From the NCBI RefSeq assembly GCF_009914755.1, contig NC_060931.1: 64,000 nucleotides of DNA; one strand, given 5' to 3'. The translations under genes and the position numbers were made by a program. Source of the DNA: the human T2T-CHM13v2.0 reference genome, Homo sapiens. This document shows, piece after piece, positions 1 to 12,827 of this stretch; position 1 is the stretch's first letter; each line of letters begins with the position of its first letter. The notes under the pieces were generated by a model. It was not told the DNA's origin and ran no database searches. It saw only the letters and a program-made list of their open reading frames with translations.

Positions 1-129
<129 letters not shown>

Positions 130-1229
130 GTTGAGGCAGTAAAAATAAATGGTTTGTCTAATGTTTCAACATTAATTTGATAGTGTCATGTTGAATATCA
201 ATTTGTAGCCACATGTTTGTTCCTGAATTTGTGACATCATTTATGACATAATTTATATTATGAACATAACTTTCAACAGAGTGAGAGAAGCATCACTCTC
301 TGTGCTTTAGAACAGATTTCTCTTCTATAATCATTCAATTATGGGTAACCAGAAAGGCAATGAATATAACATGAGGTCTTAAATGTGGACATTTCCCCCA
401 TTAACTCATTCAAAATGTGTTGTCAGGGAGTTGGTTCAGGTTCAAGAGTGAGCTGACTTATGGAAAGACATGAATTGAAACCCAAATTAGAATCTAAAAG
501 GAAGTATGGTACTATAAAGCAGAGAAAGTGGGTTTGTGGTGGCACAGTGGTGGTGCATACCAATTTGATGACTCTTGACAAATCACAAAGAAGTAGTTTC
601 TTTAAAAAATTAAAATTAAACAAATTAGGGGTAATATTGGGATAGACAATTATTTTTCCTCTTGTGCACCATATCCTATAGATGTATCCCTTTATTTTTA
701 TCTATTTTTTATTCATTGATATTCAAAAGCCCATTCTCCCAACCAAAAAGTTCCAGCCTCAAACTTGTTAAAGTCAAAACAATTGTTAAAATGGAAAATA
801 GAAGCAATTTTTATCATTGGCCCACCACAGTTTGGCTCAATTCTTCCAGTCTCTGCTCTAGTGAGAACGAAGCCAGACCACACACTGAGGCTGAATTACA
901 ACACTTCAAAAAGAAGAAAAACACTAATGGAAAAAGTCAAATGGGTTTCCAAATAGGAGGTGGTAGACAGTACAGAAACCTCTTAGCACAGCTCTTACAA
1001 GGCTGAACTCCGAATCCCAGGCCCCAACAGGCAATCATTAGCTTGCCTTCCCATTCTTCTGTGGTTGTAGGACAGGAAATGTCCATTCAGCTGCACATTG
1101 TTCTAGAGTGCATCAGCTTAAGTGGAAATGCATTTTTAGAGCCTCTTAACCCAATCCCCACTTTTGTAAAACGGATCCTGTCATTTATAAAAATAAAAAT
1201 GAGAGCTGCATGAGATATTTTCTTCCTTA

Positions 1230-1308
1230 AAATTATTTCAGCAAGTGAATGAAAAAATAAAGGAGTAAATTATTTCAGCAAGTGAATGAAAAGTTTAAAG
1301 GAGTAAAT
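1230..1308. repeat. Local tandem duplication, 2 x ~37 bp
   Basis: aaattatttcagcaagtgaatgaaaa...aaaggagt at 1230-1266 and 1267-1304. Confidence 0.9.
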
Positions 1309-2054
1309 GTTTGGAAGGAAGTCTTTAAGTTGATAGTGATAGAGAAACCTAATTTTGTTATCTTGGACACAAATGCAGCTTCCTAACTCTTAGAAGACAA
1401 GTGAACGTTGATAACGCAAACTATGGAAAGGGGAGGGGTGCAGACAGGTTTCAGGGAAAATTCAGGGAAGGTATTTTATTTCTTCTGGAATGTTGGCTAT
1501 CTCTTTTCTCTGGCCACAGCACTTAGGTCACAGCGGTAAGCAGAAGAAAATACTGTCCCTTCTTTCAGGAAGACAGATCAAAATTTAAAAGCAGTCCCAC
1601 AGATGCAAAATTAGAATTTGTCCTGAGTGCTAGAAAAGAGAGGTACATGTTAATATGAGTATAAAATGTGTAAATTGACTAGGGGAGGCTTTTCTGAAGA
1701 AATATCACGAAGCTGACCTATACTATGAGGAAATAAATCTCAAAATCATGAAGCAGTTTGTCTCCTGAACACAGCCATGCTGAGAAGTTCTAAACTATAG
1801 CTTGGTTAGACCTGGGAAGGTTAAGGTCATTTGGCCAGACATATATGTTTCCATGGCTCTTTCACAAACATTATGCAAACTTCTGAAAATCTGGACTTAA
1901 CTTGACATTTAAGGAGTCCTTTGGGGAAGAGCACAAATAGGAGCTTGAGAGATGCTTTAAATCTAGTCAGCAGAAATAAAAGGATAAAAATAAAGAAGCA
2001 ACAGGGAAGAAAACTGACATTTTTAAGTGGCAAGTAGAAGCTAGATGCTCTATA

Positions 2055-2220
2055 TCAATTACCTCAATGAATCTCCCCAAATACTACAGCCATTGGGTGT
2101 AGTTATCCCCGTTTTATACTGGTGGAAACTGAGGCTCCTAAGATTTAAGTAGCTTACCGATGACGACAAATTCAGATAGTAGGTATGCTAGGATTTGAAC
2201 ACAGGACTTGCTTTGACTTC
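2055..2220 (-). mobile_element. MIR SINE fragment
   Basis: Reverse MIR core: ttatccccgtttta...ggaaactgaggctc...ggatttgaacacagg. Confidence 0.7.
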
Positions 2221-2375
2221 TTACTTTGCTCTTCATTTTTCCTTACACAGTACATATCTAGAGAAACATCAGCAGGCTTTAGGAGTGGATAAGAGACGTC
2301 ATTTTTAACTCTATCGCTTTCGGATTTAAATATAGAAAAACAGTCCTGAAAATTAAAACTGATTGTCATTATCCT

Positions 2376-2622
2376 TTTTTTTTTGCTTTGTTTTGTTTTT
2401 TTGTTTTTGTTTGTTTGTTTTTTGAGACAAGGTCTCACTTTGTCGCTCAGGCTAGAGAACAGTAGTGCAGTCACAGCTCAATGTATCCTCGACCTCTTGG
2501 GCTCAAGTGATTCTCCCACCTCAGCCTTCTGAGTAGCTGGGACTACAAGCATGCAACACTGAAACCAGCTAACTTTTTTTCCTTTTTTGTAGAGATAAGG
2601 ACCTCACTATGTTGCCCAGGCT
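2376..2622 (-). mobile_element. 5'-truncated AluJ with TSD
   Basis: T-rich tail, gagacaaggtctcactttgtcgctcaggct...ctatgttgcccaggct; direct repeat tcattatcct at 2366-2375 and 2626-2635. Confidence 0.9.
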
Positions 2623-2822
2623 ATATCATTATCCTAAGAGACAGATTCCAGAGATTTGCCTTAACTCTGTGTGTCTTGATAACTATTTTTTCTGTCAATT
2701 TAGTCATGCTCTATCCTTCTTTTGTGAAAATAGAAGGGGCTCTTCCCTGACCACAGAGACAGACCCATAACTCAGGCCAGGACAATAACACTTTCCTATT
2801 CTCCTGTCATAATATCAGTCAG

Positions 2823-3345
2823 TGTGGCAGCCATTGTAGTTTGGCTCACTCAATACTCAAATATAATCACATTCTCCCCTACTTGACTCTATCACAGAGA
2901 CTGAAAAAGACAAAATAATTGATTTCTCAGACTCTTCTGTGGATAAGAGTAGCCATGTGGTCCATTTCTAGTCTATAAGATGTAAGTGAAAGTTTGCTGA
3001 ATAGGATTTCTGGGAAAGATTTTACTTCCTTCCCTGATAATAAAGAACCGACTCACTTGGCTTGTCCTTTTGCCCATTTGTTCTCTCTCCAGCCTGAAAT
3101 TCAGATGTAATAGCTAGAGGCACAGCATCCATTCTATAACCACGAAGCAATAAGCCTGAGGGCATAAGTCAACACTAAAGATGTTGGTTCAAGATGATGG
3201 AAAGCGCCTGGGTCCTTCAGTCACTTTTCTGGCCACAAACTGTCTACCTTTGGTTTTGTCATAGGAAAAAAAAATTATCCAATTGTTTAAGCCACTATTG
3301 GGAGGTTATCTTCTGTTTTATTGCCAAAAGCACTCCTGACAGATA
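2823..3345 (+). mobile_element. Old ERVL-type LTR (LTR16/LTR33-like)
   Basis: Motifs gccatgtg...agatgtaagtgaaagtt...ttctgggaaag and 3' tgtttaagccact...ttctgtt...cctgacagata resemble this family (recalled). Confidence 0.55.
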
Positions 3346-3574
3346 GCCAGAGTTGGGCACACAAAACAAGACAGGCCAATTGACATTCTTACTCAAGATC
3401 TTTCTGATTGAGTGAGAAGGGTAACACTGTTTTCAATATTTTGCCTCAAGGCAATGGTCATGTTCCCTGCAATTGTGTCCACTCTGCAGAAACAGGATGG
3501 ACCCCCAATAAAATTTGGTTTGGATGTCTAGATTGATGATGTCCCATGCAAACCAAAAGGGTATGTAGAGGTTA

Positions 3575-4245
3575 GGGATAAATCCAAAAACAGATATACT
3601 AGACCTATATCAAACAAATTCACAAAACAATGTTGGTAGAAATTTTAAAAACCTAAATAAATTGGTAAACTTACCTTGCATACAGGTTAGAGAACTCAAT
3701 ATTTTAATATGTAAATCGCCCCAACTTAATTTGTATGTCACATTAACTACAATCAAAATCTCAGCAAGCTATTTTTTGGGGAAAGTAAAATGATTTTAAA
3801 ATTTATGTAGAAATGAACAACAATAGTCAAAGCAACTATTGAAAAAGGATAAAATAATTGAAAAAAACTAACATTTGATCTCAAGAATGATTATGAAGCT
3901 ATAATAGTCAAGATTGTCTGGTAATGGCATCAAAATAAAAAAAAATAGATCTATGAAATACAATAGAAATTCCAGAAATAGAACTACATATATATGAACG
4001 ACTGATTTTTGGCAAAAATGCCCAGTCAATTCAATGGCAAAAGGAGAAAAGAGATGGTGCTGGAACAATTGGCTACTGTGAAAAATAAAAGCTTCAATCT
4101 ATACTCCACGCCATATATAAAAATTAACTCAACATGAAGCATAGCCCTAAATGTAAACCTAAAATACAAAACTTTGAGAATAAAACATAGAAGAAAAGCT
4201 TTATCTTATTGGGTCAGGCAGTGATTTCTTAAATATGGCACTATT
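3575..4245 (+). mobile_element. Old L1M ORF2 3' fragment
   Basis: Decayed ORF2 motifs: aaaacctaaataaa, gaactcaatatt, ccagaaatagaac, ggtgctggaacaattgg, aaaattaactcaa. Confidence 0.8.
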
Positions 4246-6300
4246 ACAATGGATGAGAAATAGAAATTTTACTGTGATTTTGATTTGCATTTACCTAATT
4301 AATTATGATGTTGAGTTTCTTTTCTTGTGCTTGTAATTTTTATATCTTCTTTGATGAAATGTCTGTTCAAATCTTCAGCCTATTTTTATATTTCTTTCTC
4401 TCATTGACTTGTGTGCTCTTTGTATATTCTAGATACAAGACAGTTATCAGATGGTTGTTTTGTAAATATTTTTCCCAGTTTGTGGCTTGCCTTTTAATTT
4501 GTAAATAATTTCTTTTGAAAAGTAAATGTTTTTAATTTAATGAAGCTCATTTTTTAACATTTTAAATGAATTTAGCTTTATATACCTGATCAATCTTTGC
4601 TTATGCCAAGATTATAATGATTTTCTCTGCTTTCTTCTAGTTGTATCATTTTAGCTTCCCCAGTTAGGTCTCTAATCTACTGGAAGTGTGTGGTGATGCT
4701 GAGGTTCTTTTTTCTTTTCTCGTGTAGGTATTCAGTTCTTCCATCACATGTGTTGAGATGGCTATACTTTATGCATACTTATCTTCATACTTTTAACAAC
4801 ATCATTGTTCATATTTATTTAAGGACTGGATATATTTCTAAACTCCCTATTCGGTTGGATTTGTATATTTTTAAGACCATTATGACCATGTCTTGATTAC
4901 TGTAGTTTTGTTAAATTCTTAATTCAGAGAATGTGCTAACTTTGACCTCTACTTCTATTGCTTTTAGGTTGGTGCAAAAGCAGTTGCAGTTTTTGCCATT
5001 ACTTTCGATGTTAATAAGCATAGTCTATGTCCTTTGAATTTCCATATCGATTTTTACAATCAGTCTGCCTATTTCTAAAGAAAAGTCTCTCCCTTCGTAG
5101 CTTCTTCCTCCTCTTAACTATTCTGACTCACAAATTCCAGCATGTTGTCCTCTTCAAACTCTATCTTTTTAAACCCTGAATCTACAAGGACACCAGGCTC
5201 CATTTGGGATCATCCATCCTACCCTGAGGCCTGGAAATTGCTTCCAGGAAGCACTGGAGCATTTAGAGCGCTGACCCCATTTGTTTTCCTTCTCTTAGAG
5301 ATTATAATCCTCTGGTGTCTGTCGTTCAATATCTGGAAACAGTTGTTTCCATTATTTTGTCCAGTTTTCTGTTTACATTGAGGAGACATTCTCTGCAACA
5401 GTAAATCCTTTATGGACAGAAGCAGAATGCCTGCCAGACATTTTAATATTAGCCCTTCCAGTGGATGTGCAGTGCATTTTATTGTGATTTTAATTTGCAT
5501 TTTCTGAATGACTTATGATATTGAGCATCCTGCATGTGCTTATTAGTCTTTTACATATTTTCTTTTATGAAAGATTTATCAAGTATTTTGCTTTTTTTGA
5601 TTTTTTTGGCTTCTTTACATTTGTAGGAATTCTTATGTATTCTAGAAACCAGACCTTTGTCAGAAATATTAATATGTGCTGTGAACATTTGCTCCCACTC
5701 CATATGTCTTCTTTTCATTCTTGATAGTATATTTTTGTAGAGCAGAAGTTGCTAATATAATAAGACTCAATTGTTGACTTTTAAAATTTTATGATTTACA
5801 CTTTTCGTGTCCCAAGATACCTTTGCCTGCCCCCAAAGTTACAAAGGTTTTCTCCTATCTTATTTTACTGGACATTTTATAAGTTTTAACTTTTATGTTT
5901 ATATCTGATCCACTTGAAACTAATTTTGCATGTATAGGTTAAGGTAATGGTTGAGGAACATGTTTTTCAAGTATATGTCTAATTATACCGGAACCATTTT
6001 TGGAAATAAATATCTTCCTCATTTAATTATCTTGGTACACTTGTTAAACATGATCTCCCTTTATATTTCCTTTTAATTTGTCTTTATTTTTGAGAGATGT
6101 TTCTATTGTGTTTACACTATTTTTTCAGTGCTTTAACAACACCATTTCATTATGTACCATCTTACAAAGCTTCTTAAAATAATTCTGCTGTCACACTTAT
6201 TTTATTCCTTTGTATATAATGTGCACTTTTTTCCTCTCTACTTTTGAGATTTTTTTCTGTATTGTTAGTTTTCTGCAATTTAATTATGATGTGCCTAGGT
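4245..6300 (-). mobile_element. Old L1M fragments (antisense, several pieces)
   Basis: gtgattttgatttgcattt...gatgttgag (twice), tatattctagatacaag, cttgattactgtagtttt. Confidence 0.7.
4964..5010 (+). mobile_element. MADE1 (Hsmar1-derived MITE), left half only
   Basis: ttaggttggtgcaaaagcagttgcagtttttgccattactttcgatg matches the MADE1 TIR plus centre; the second TIR is absent. Confidence 0.85.
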
Positions 6301-6303
6301 ATT

Positions 6304-7033
<730 letters not shown>

Positions 7034-7039
7034 CCTCGT

Positions 7040-8118
7040 CTAATATTTTTAATGATTCTCACTTCAGGATTTAACACTATCTGATATTTATCACAAGCCC
7101 CTGAGTATCTATTTTTTTTTCCATTCTTTTTCTTTTTTCTCTCTCTGCACTTCATTCTGTAGTTTGAACTACTGCATATTCAACTTTACTGATCTTTTTT
7201 AACATTGTGTTTAATCTGTTAATCTCATCCAGTAAAACTTATTTTAGTTCTCTTTGGTTCTTTTTCATTGCATCTATTTCTTTCCTCACATTTTGTTTTA
7301 AATACTTGAAGATACCTGTGATTGCCCTTTTAAAATCATTGTCTGTTTATTTTACCTCTTCTTCCATTTTTTGGGTTTGCTTCTATTTCTGCTTATAGGT
7401 AACAATTTCCTGTTTCTTATTTCTAATCATTCTTATTCAGTGCTGGGCACTTGTGAGTTTTATATTTTTGAGTACTAATTTAAAAATTGTTTAAAGGCTA
7501 TTAAACTTTGGTCTGTCAGATAGTTATTTGTAGATAAATTAAATTTTTTGAGGTTTATTTTTAAGTTTTAGTAGAGCACGTTTGGGGTAGTTTTGCACTA
7601 GGAATTTTTTTTTTCAGTCCTACTACTCTTTCTGCTGTGTATATTGAATGTCCTGAGTGTGCAACGTAAACTCTCCATTCTAGCTGGTCAAAACTCAAAT
7701 CTCCTAGCCTTGTAAACTCTGTACTTCTTTAGCTTTCAGGTCTCAAGTCTTTCTTTTCCTTGACTAGTGGATTGTTTCCTATGCATGGGCAATTTCAAAT
7801 TTAGAAACAGACTCAAGGGTACCCTATGCAGATTTCTGAGGCTTTCACTCTCCAGCTCCCTCTTTTCTGGCACTCTACAATTTTCAGCTTTCTCCACCTC
7901 CCTGAAATCTAGTCTCTGCCTCTTCAGAGAGATCACCATTCTATACTTGGGAATCCCCCACCACCTACACCATGGGCTGGAGAATGCCTCTAGAGAAAAA
8001 GTCACAAAAATCATAGGGCTCATCACACTTGGTTATCTTTTCTCAATATCAGGATTATTAATATCTTCATGGTCTATAATGACAGTTGTCCAATGTCTGC
8101 AAACCATTGCTTCATATA
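7040..8118 (-). mobile_element. Old L1M 5'/ORF1-region fragment
   Basis: T-rich decayed L1 motifs (ctttactgatctttt, taatctcatccagt, gggtaccctatgcagatttct); appears to resume after the THE1 at ~10497. Confidence 0.55.
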
Positions 8119-10491
8119 TGTATTAGTCCATTTTCACACTGCTGATACAGACATACCTGAAACTGGGCAATTTGCAAAAGAAAGAGGTTTATTGGACTTA
8201 TAGCTCCACATGGCTGGGGAGGCCTCACAATCATGGCGGAAGGCAAGGAGGAGCAAGTCACATCTTACGTGGATGGCAGCGGGCAAAAAGAGAGCTTGTG
8301 CAGAGAAACTCCCATTTTTAAAACCATCAGATCTCGTGAGACCCATTCACTATCACGAGAACAGTGCAGGAAAGACCCGCCCCCCTGATTCAATCATCTC
8401 CAACTGGGTCCCTTCCATAACATGTGGGAATTATGGGAGCTACAGGATGAAATTTGGATGAGGACACAGAGCCAAACCATATCATTCTGCCCCTGCCTCC
8501 TCCCAAATCTCATATTTTCACATTTCAAAACCAATCACGCCTTGCCAAGAGTCCACCAAAATCTCAATTCATTTCAGCATTACCTCAAAAGTCCACAATC
8601 CAATATCTCATCTGAGACAAGGCAAGCGCCTTCTGCCTATGAGCCTGTAAGATCAAAAACAAGTTAGTTACTTCTTAGATACAATGCGGGTACAGGCGTT
8701 GGATAAATACAGCCATTCCAAATGAGAGAAATTGTACAAAACAAAGGGGCTACAGTCCCCATGCAAGTCCAAAATCCAGTGGGGCAGTCAAATCTTAAAG
8801 CTCCAAAATGATCTCCTTTGACTCCACATCTCACATTTAGGTCACACTGATGCAAGAGGTGGGTTCCCATAGTCTTGGGCAGCTCCTCCCCTGTGGCTTT
8901 GCAGGGTACAACCTCCCTTCCAGCTGGCTTCATAGGTCGGCGTTGAGTGTCTGCAGCTTTTCCAGGCACACAGTGCAAGCAGTCACCCCAGCATCTATCA
9001 TTCTGGGGTCTGGAGGACAGTGGCCCTCTTCTCACAGCTCCACTAGGCAATGCCCCAGTAGGGACTCTGTGTGGGTGTGCCCACCCCACATTTCCTTTCT
9101 GCACTGCCCTAGCAGAGGTTCTCCATGAGGACCCTGTCCCTACTGCCTGGGCATCCAGGCATTTCCATACATCTTCTGAAATCTAGGCAGAGGTTCCAAA
9201 ACCTCAATTATTGACTTCTGTGCACTCACAGGCTCAACACCACATGGAAGCTGACAAGGCTAAAGGCTTGCACCCTCTGAAGCCATGGCCCTAGCTCTAC
9301 TTTGGCCCCTTTCAGCCAAGGCTGGAGCAGCTGGCATGCAGGGCACCAAGCAGCATGGGGAGCCTGGGCCTGGCCCACAAAACCACTTTTTCCTCCTAGG
9401 CGTCTGGGCCTGTGATGGGAGGGGCTGCTGCAAAGGTCTCTGTCATGCCCTGGAGACATTTTCCCCATTGTCTTGGTGACTAACATTCAGCTCCTTGTTA
9501 CTTATGCAAATTTCTGCAGCCAGCTTGGGCTTGGATTTCTCCTCAGAAAATGAGATTTTCTTTTCTATTGCATTGTCAGTCTGCAAATTTTCCAAACTTT
9601 TATGTTCTGTTCGCCTTTTGAAACTGAATGCCTAAACAGCACCCAATTCACTTCTTGAATGCTTTGCTGCTTAGAAATTTCTTCCACCAGATACCCTAAA
9701 TCATCTCTTTCAAGTTCAAAGTTCCACAAATCTCTAGGGCAGAGGCAAAACGCCACCAGCCTCTTTGCTAAACCATAACAAGAGTCACCTTTGCTCCAGT
9801 TCCCAATAAGTTCCTCATCTCCACATGAGGAGATAAGTTCCTCATCTCCACATGAGGAGATAAGTTCCTCATCTCCACATGAGTTCCCAATAAGTTCCTC
9901 AGCTCCACCTCAGTCTGGACCTTATTGTTTATATCAGTATCAGCATTTTTGTCAAAGCCATTCAACAAGTCTCTAGGAAGTTCCAAATTTTCCCATATTT
10001 TCCTGTCTTCTCCTGAGCCCTCCAAACTGTTCCAAACTCTGCCTGATACTCAGTTCCAAAGAGGCTTCCATATTTTCAGCTATCTTTTTGGCAATGCCCC
10101 ACTCTACTGGTGCCAATTTACCATATTAGTCCATTTTCACACTGCTGATAAAGACATAACTGAGACTGAGCAATTTACAAAAGAAAGAGGTTTATTGGAC
10201 TTACAGTTCCACATGGCTGGGAAGGCATCGCAATCATGGTGGAAGGCAAGGAGAAGCAAGTCACATCTTGGATGGCAGCAGGCAAAGAGAGAGCTTGTGC
10301 AAGAAACTCCCATTTTTAAAACCATCAGATCAGAATAGGGCATGTCAGACCTATTCACTATCACGAGAACAGCACAATAAAGACCCACCCCATGATTCAA
10401 TCTTCTCCCACCAGGTCCTTCCCACAACACGTGGGAATTATGGGAGCTACAAGATGTGATTTGGGTGGGGACACAGAGCCAAATAATATCA
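8119..10491 (-). mobile_element. Complete THE1 (THE1A/B-like MaLR) element: LTR 8119-8484, internal 8485-10121, LTR 10122-10491
   Basis: Two ~370-bp direct LTRs (tgtattagtcc...ccatatca) flank THE1-int; 5-bp TSD atata at 8114-8118 and 10492-10496; overlapping ORFs are decayed THE1 translations. Confidence 0.96.
9806..9912. repeat. 27-bp minisatellite inside THE1-int, about 3 units plus a re-duplicated flank
   Basis: Unit ataagttcctcatctccacatgaggag at 9806 and 9833, partial at 9860, then ttcccaataagttcctca again. Confidence 0.95.
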
Positions 10492-11751
10492 ATATACCAA
10501 TTTTCTAGTTGTTTATGGCAGGAAGGTAAGTCTTATATCAATTTCTGTAGCAGGTAAGGAAACATAATTGCTTTCTTTAGTTTTTATTGAAAATTTATAT
10601 GTTGAAAGATTATAAGTATGACTTACCAAAACAAAAGATTTTTTTCTTTCTTGTGTGTTCTTTCATGTATACTAGAGTGTCACCTAATTGCAAGGATTAA
10701 TTTGTAAGAAAAAGATAGTTGGAATTCAAATGGTGTGCCTTAATCATTTTTGCTTCAATTCCCAAAAGGAATTTTTAAAAATTACTTTCTTCCATGCATA
10801 TTTTCAAGTAAATGTATACATATTTTATCAAATGTTTACATACGTTTGGAAGAGATACGATTTCCAGAATATTATACAAATTGGCATTAAATCAACCTCC
10901 TCACTATTTGCTGTTTGTTTACTGTTTATTTGTTCAATGTTTATTTTTATTGTTTATTGTTTTAATAAACGTCATAGCAACTTGATATCATCTATAATCT
11001 CTTTTATAATGTATGTGTTGGCTCCTTTATAACCTCATTTCCAGCAAAGACTATTTTGACAAAATGTACTATATTTTTAGTCTTAAATTATCTTATTGCT
11101 TATGTATTACACTTCTCTGCCACAATAATGAGGATTGAAAGGGAAAGTTAACTTTTTTCTCATTTTCTGAAATTACAATTCTCTAAATATTAAAAAGTGC
11201 TTTTTTCTGCATTTTATTGTAATTATTTCTATTGTCATAAAATTGATCCAAGTAAGATATAACTCACATTTTGTTAAGTAATTATTAAACTTTCAAAGTG
11301 AAGATTTTTTTTAAGAAATGCATTTCTTAATGAGATAGATAGGCATTTTTTTTGTCCAGTTAGGTTTTAAATCCTTGGATGAAAGAAGAAGTAAGATATA
11401 TTGCTCGAATTAGATGGGTTCCAACATCAATTTGATCCTCATTTTTCATTTTTATAGATCGAAGCCCTGAGGAAGCATGTAGTCATAAACTTAAAAAATT
11501 GAATGAAGGAAGTATTATTTTAGCTATTTCATTCAATTCTTTGAACAATTTCTGAGTTATATGACAGTGTAATTTAGTGCTAAAAATTATTTTTTATAAT
11601 CACTATGTAGATAACTAGATCATAGTCTAATATGGTATTTCTGATTGCAAAGAATTTGAAGCCATCTGATGTACAAAGAAAAAGTTCATTAATCAGTAAT
11701 TAGAAATTAGTGCCATTCATTTTCATTGGTGTCATAATACCAATATTTAGA

Positions 11752-12245
11752 TTTTTTATAATTTGAATTTTTATGTTAGATTCAGGGGGTATACGTGTAG
11801 GTCTATTACCTAAGTATACTGGATGATTCTGACGTTTGGGGTACAAATGATCCCCTCACCCAAGTACTGAGCATGGTACTCAATAGTTTTTCGAACTTTC
11901 CCCTTCCTCGCTCCCCTGCTCTGGTAGTCCCCAGTGTCTCTTGTTGCCATCTTTATGTCCATGAGAATCCAATATTTAGCTCCCACTTATAAGTGAGAAC
12001 ATGCAGTATTTGGTTTTCTGTTTCTGCATTAATTTGCTTAGGATAATAGTCTCTAGCTGCTTCCATGTTGCTGCAAAGGACATAATTTTGTTCTTTTTTT
12101 ATGACTGCATATTATTCATAGCATTCCATGGCACATATGCACCATATTTTCTTTATCCAATCCACTGTTGATAGGCACATAGTTTGATTCCATGTCTTTT
12201 TTATTTTGAGTAGTGCCATGATTAAAATATGAGTGCATGTGTCTC
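11752..12245 (-). mobile_element. L1PA (old, PA15/16-like) 3' end
   Basis: ttagattcagggggta...ttagctcccacttataagtgagaacatgcagtatttggttttctg. Confidence 0.88.
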
Positions 12246-12827
12246 GATATTTTGAATTGTCCCTTTTCTCAGCTGCCTGCAGACTTGAACACCATGAGTC
12301 ACAAATAAAATAAGATTAAAACTTTCTGTTGTAAAACAGAAAAAAAGAACTATTAATTTCTTGACTATAGGCACTTTCTTAGGTAGATGACTCTTAGGAA
12401 AGTATAGGCATGCCTTATTTTATTGTACTTCACTTTATTGTCTTTCATAGATACTATGTTTTATAACCAATTGAAGGTTGGTGGCAACACTGCATCAAGC
12501 AAGTCTATGGGACCATTTTTCCAACAGCATGTGCTCACTTTACGTCTCGGCGTCACATTTTGGTAATTCTCACAATATTTTAAACTCTTTCCTATTATTA
12601 CATCAGTTATAGTAATCTGTGATCAATGATCTTCGATGTCATTATTGTAATTGCATTGGGGCACCACAAAGGATGCCCACATATAAGACAGTGAAGTTAA
12701 TCAATAAATGTGTGTGTTTTGACTGCTCTATTAACTGGATATTTCCTCATCTCTTTTTTTTCTCATCAGGCCTCCCTATTTACTAAGATAAAACACTATT
12801 AGACTTAAGTCAATTAATAACCTCACA

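Noticed and set aside
662-1006. 114-aa ORF in unique sequence
   Set aside because: Non-ATG start, no recognisable homology or exon structure; likely chance.
4964-5010. miR-548 family precursor
   Set aside because: Only one MADE1 arm is present, so the hairpin cannot form.
9806-9912. CRISPR-like palindromic direct repeats
   Set aside because: Units are head-to-tail with no unique spacers, sit inside a primate THE1 element, and there are no cas genes.
8134-10459. Many overlapping ORFs of 60-146 aa
   Set aside because: All are translations of THE1 LTR or internal sequence; none is an intact gene.
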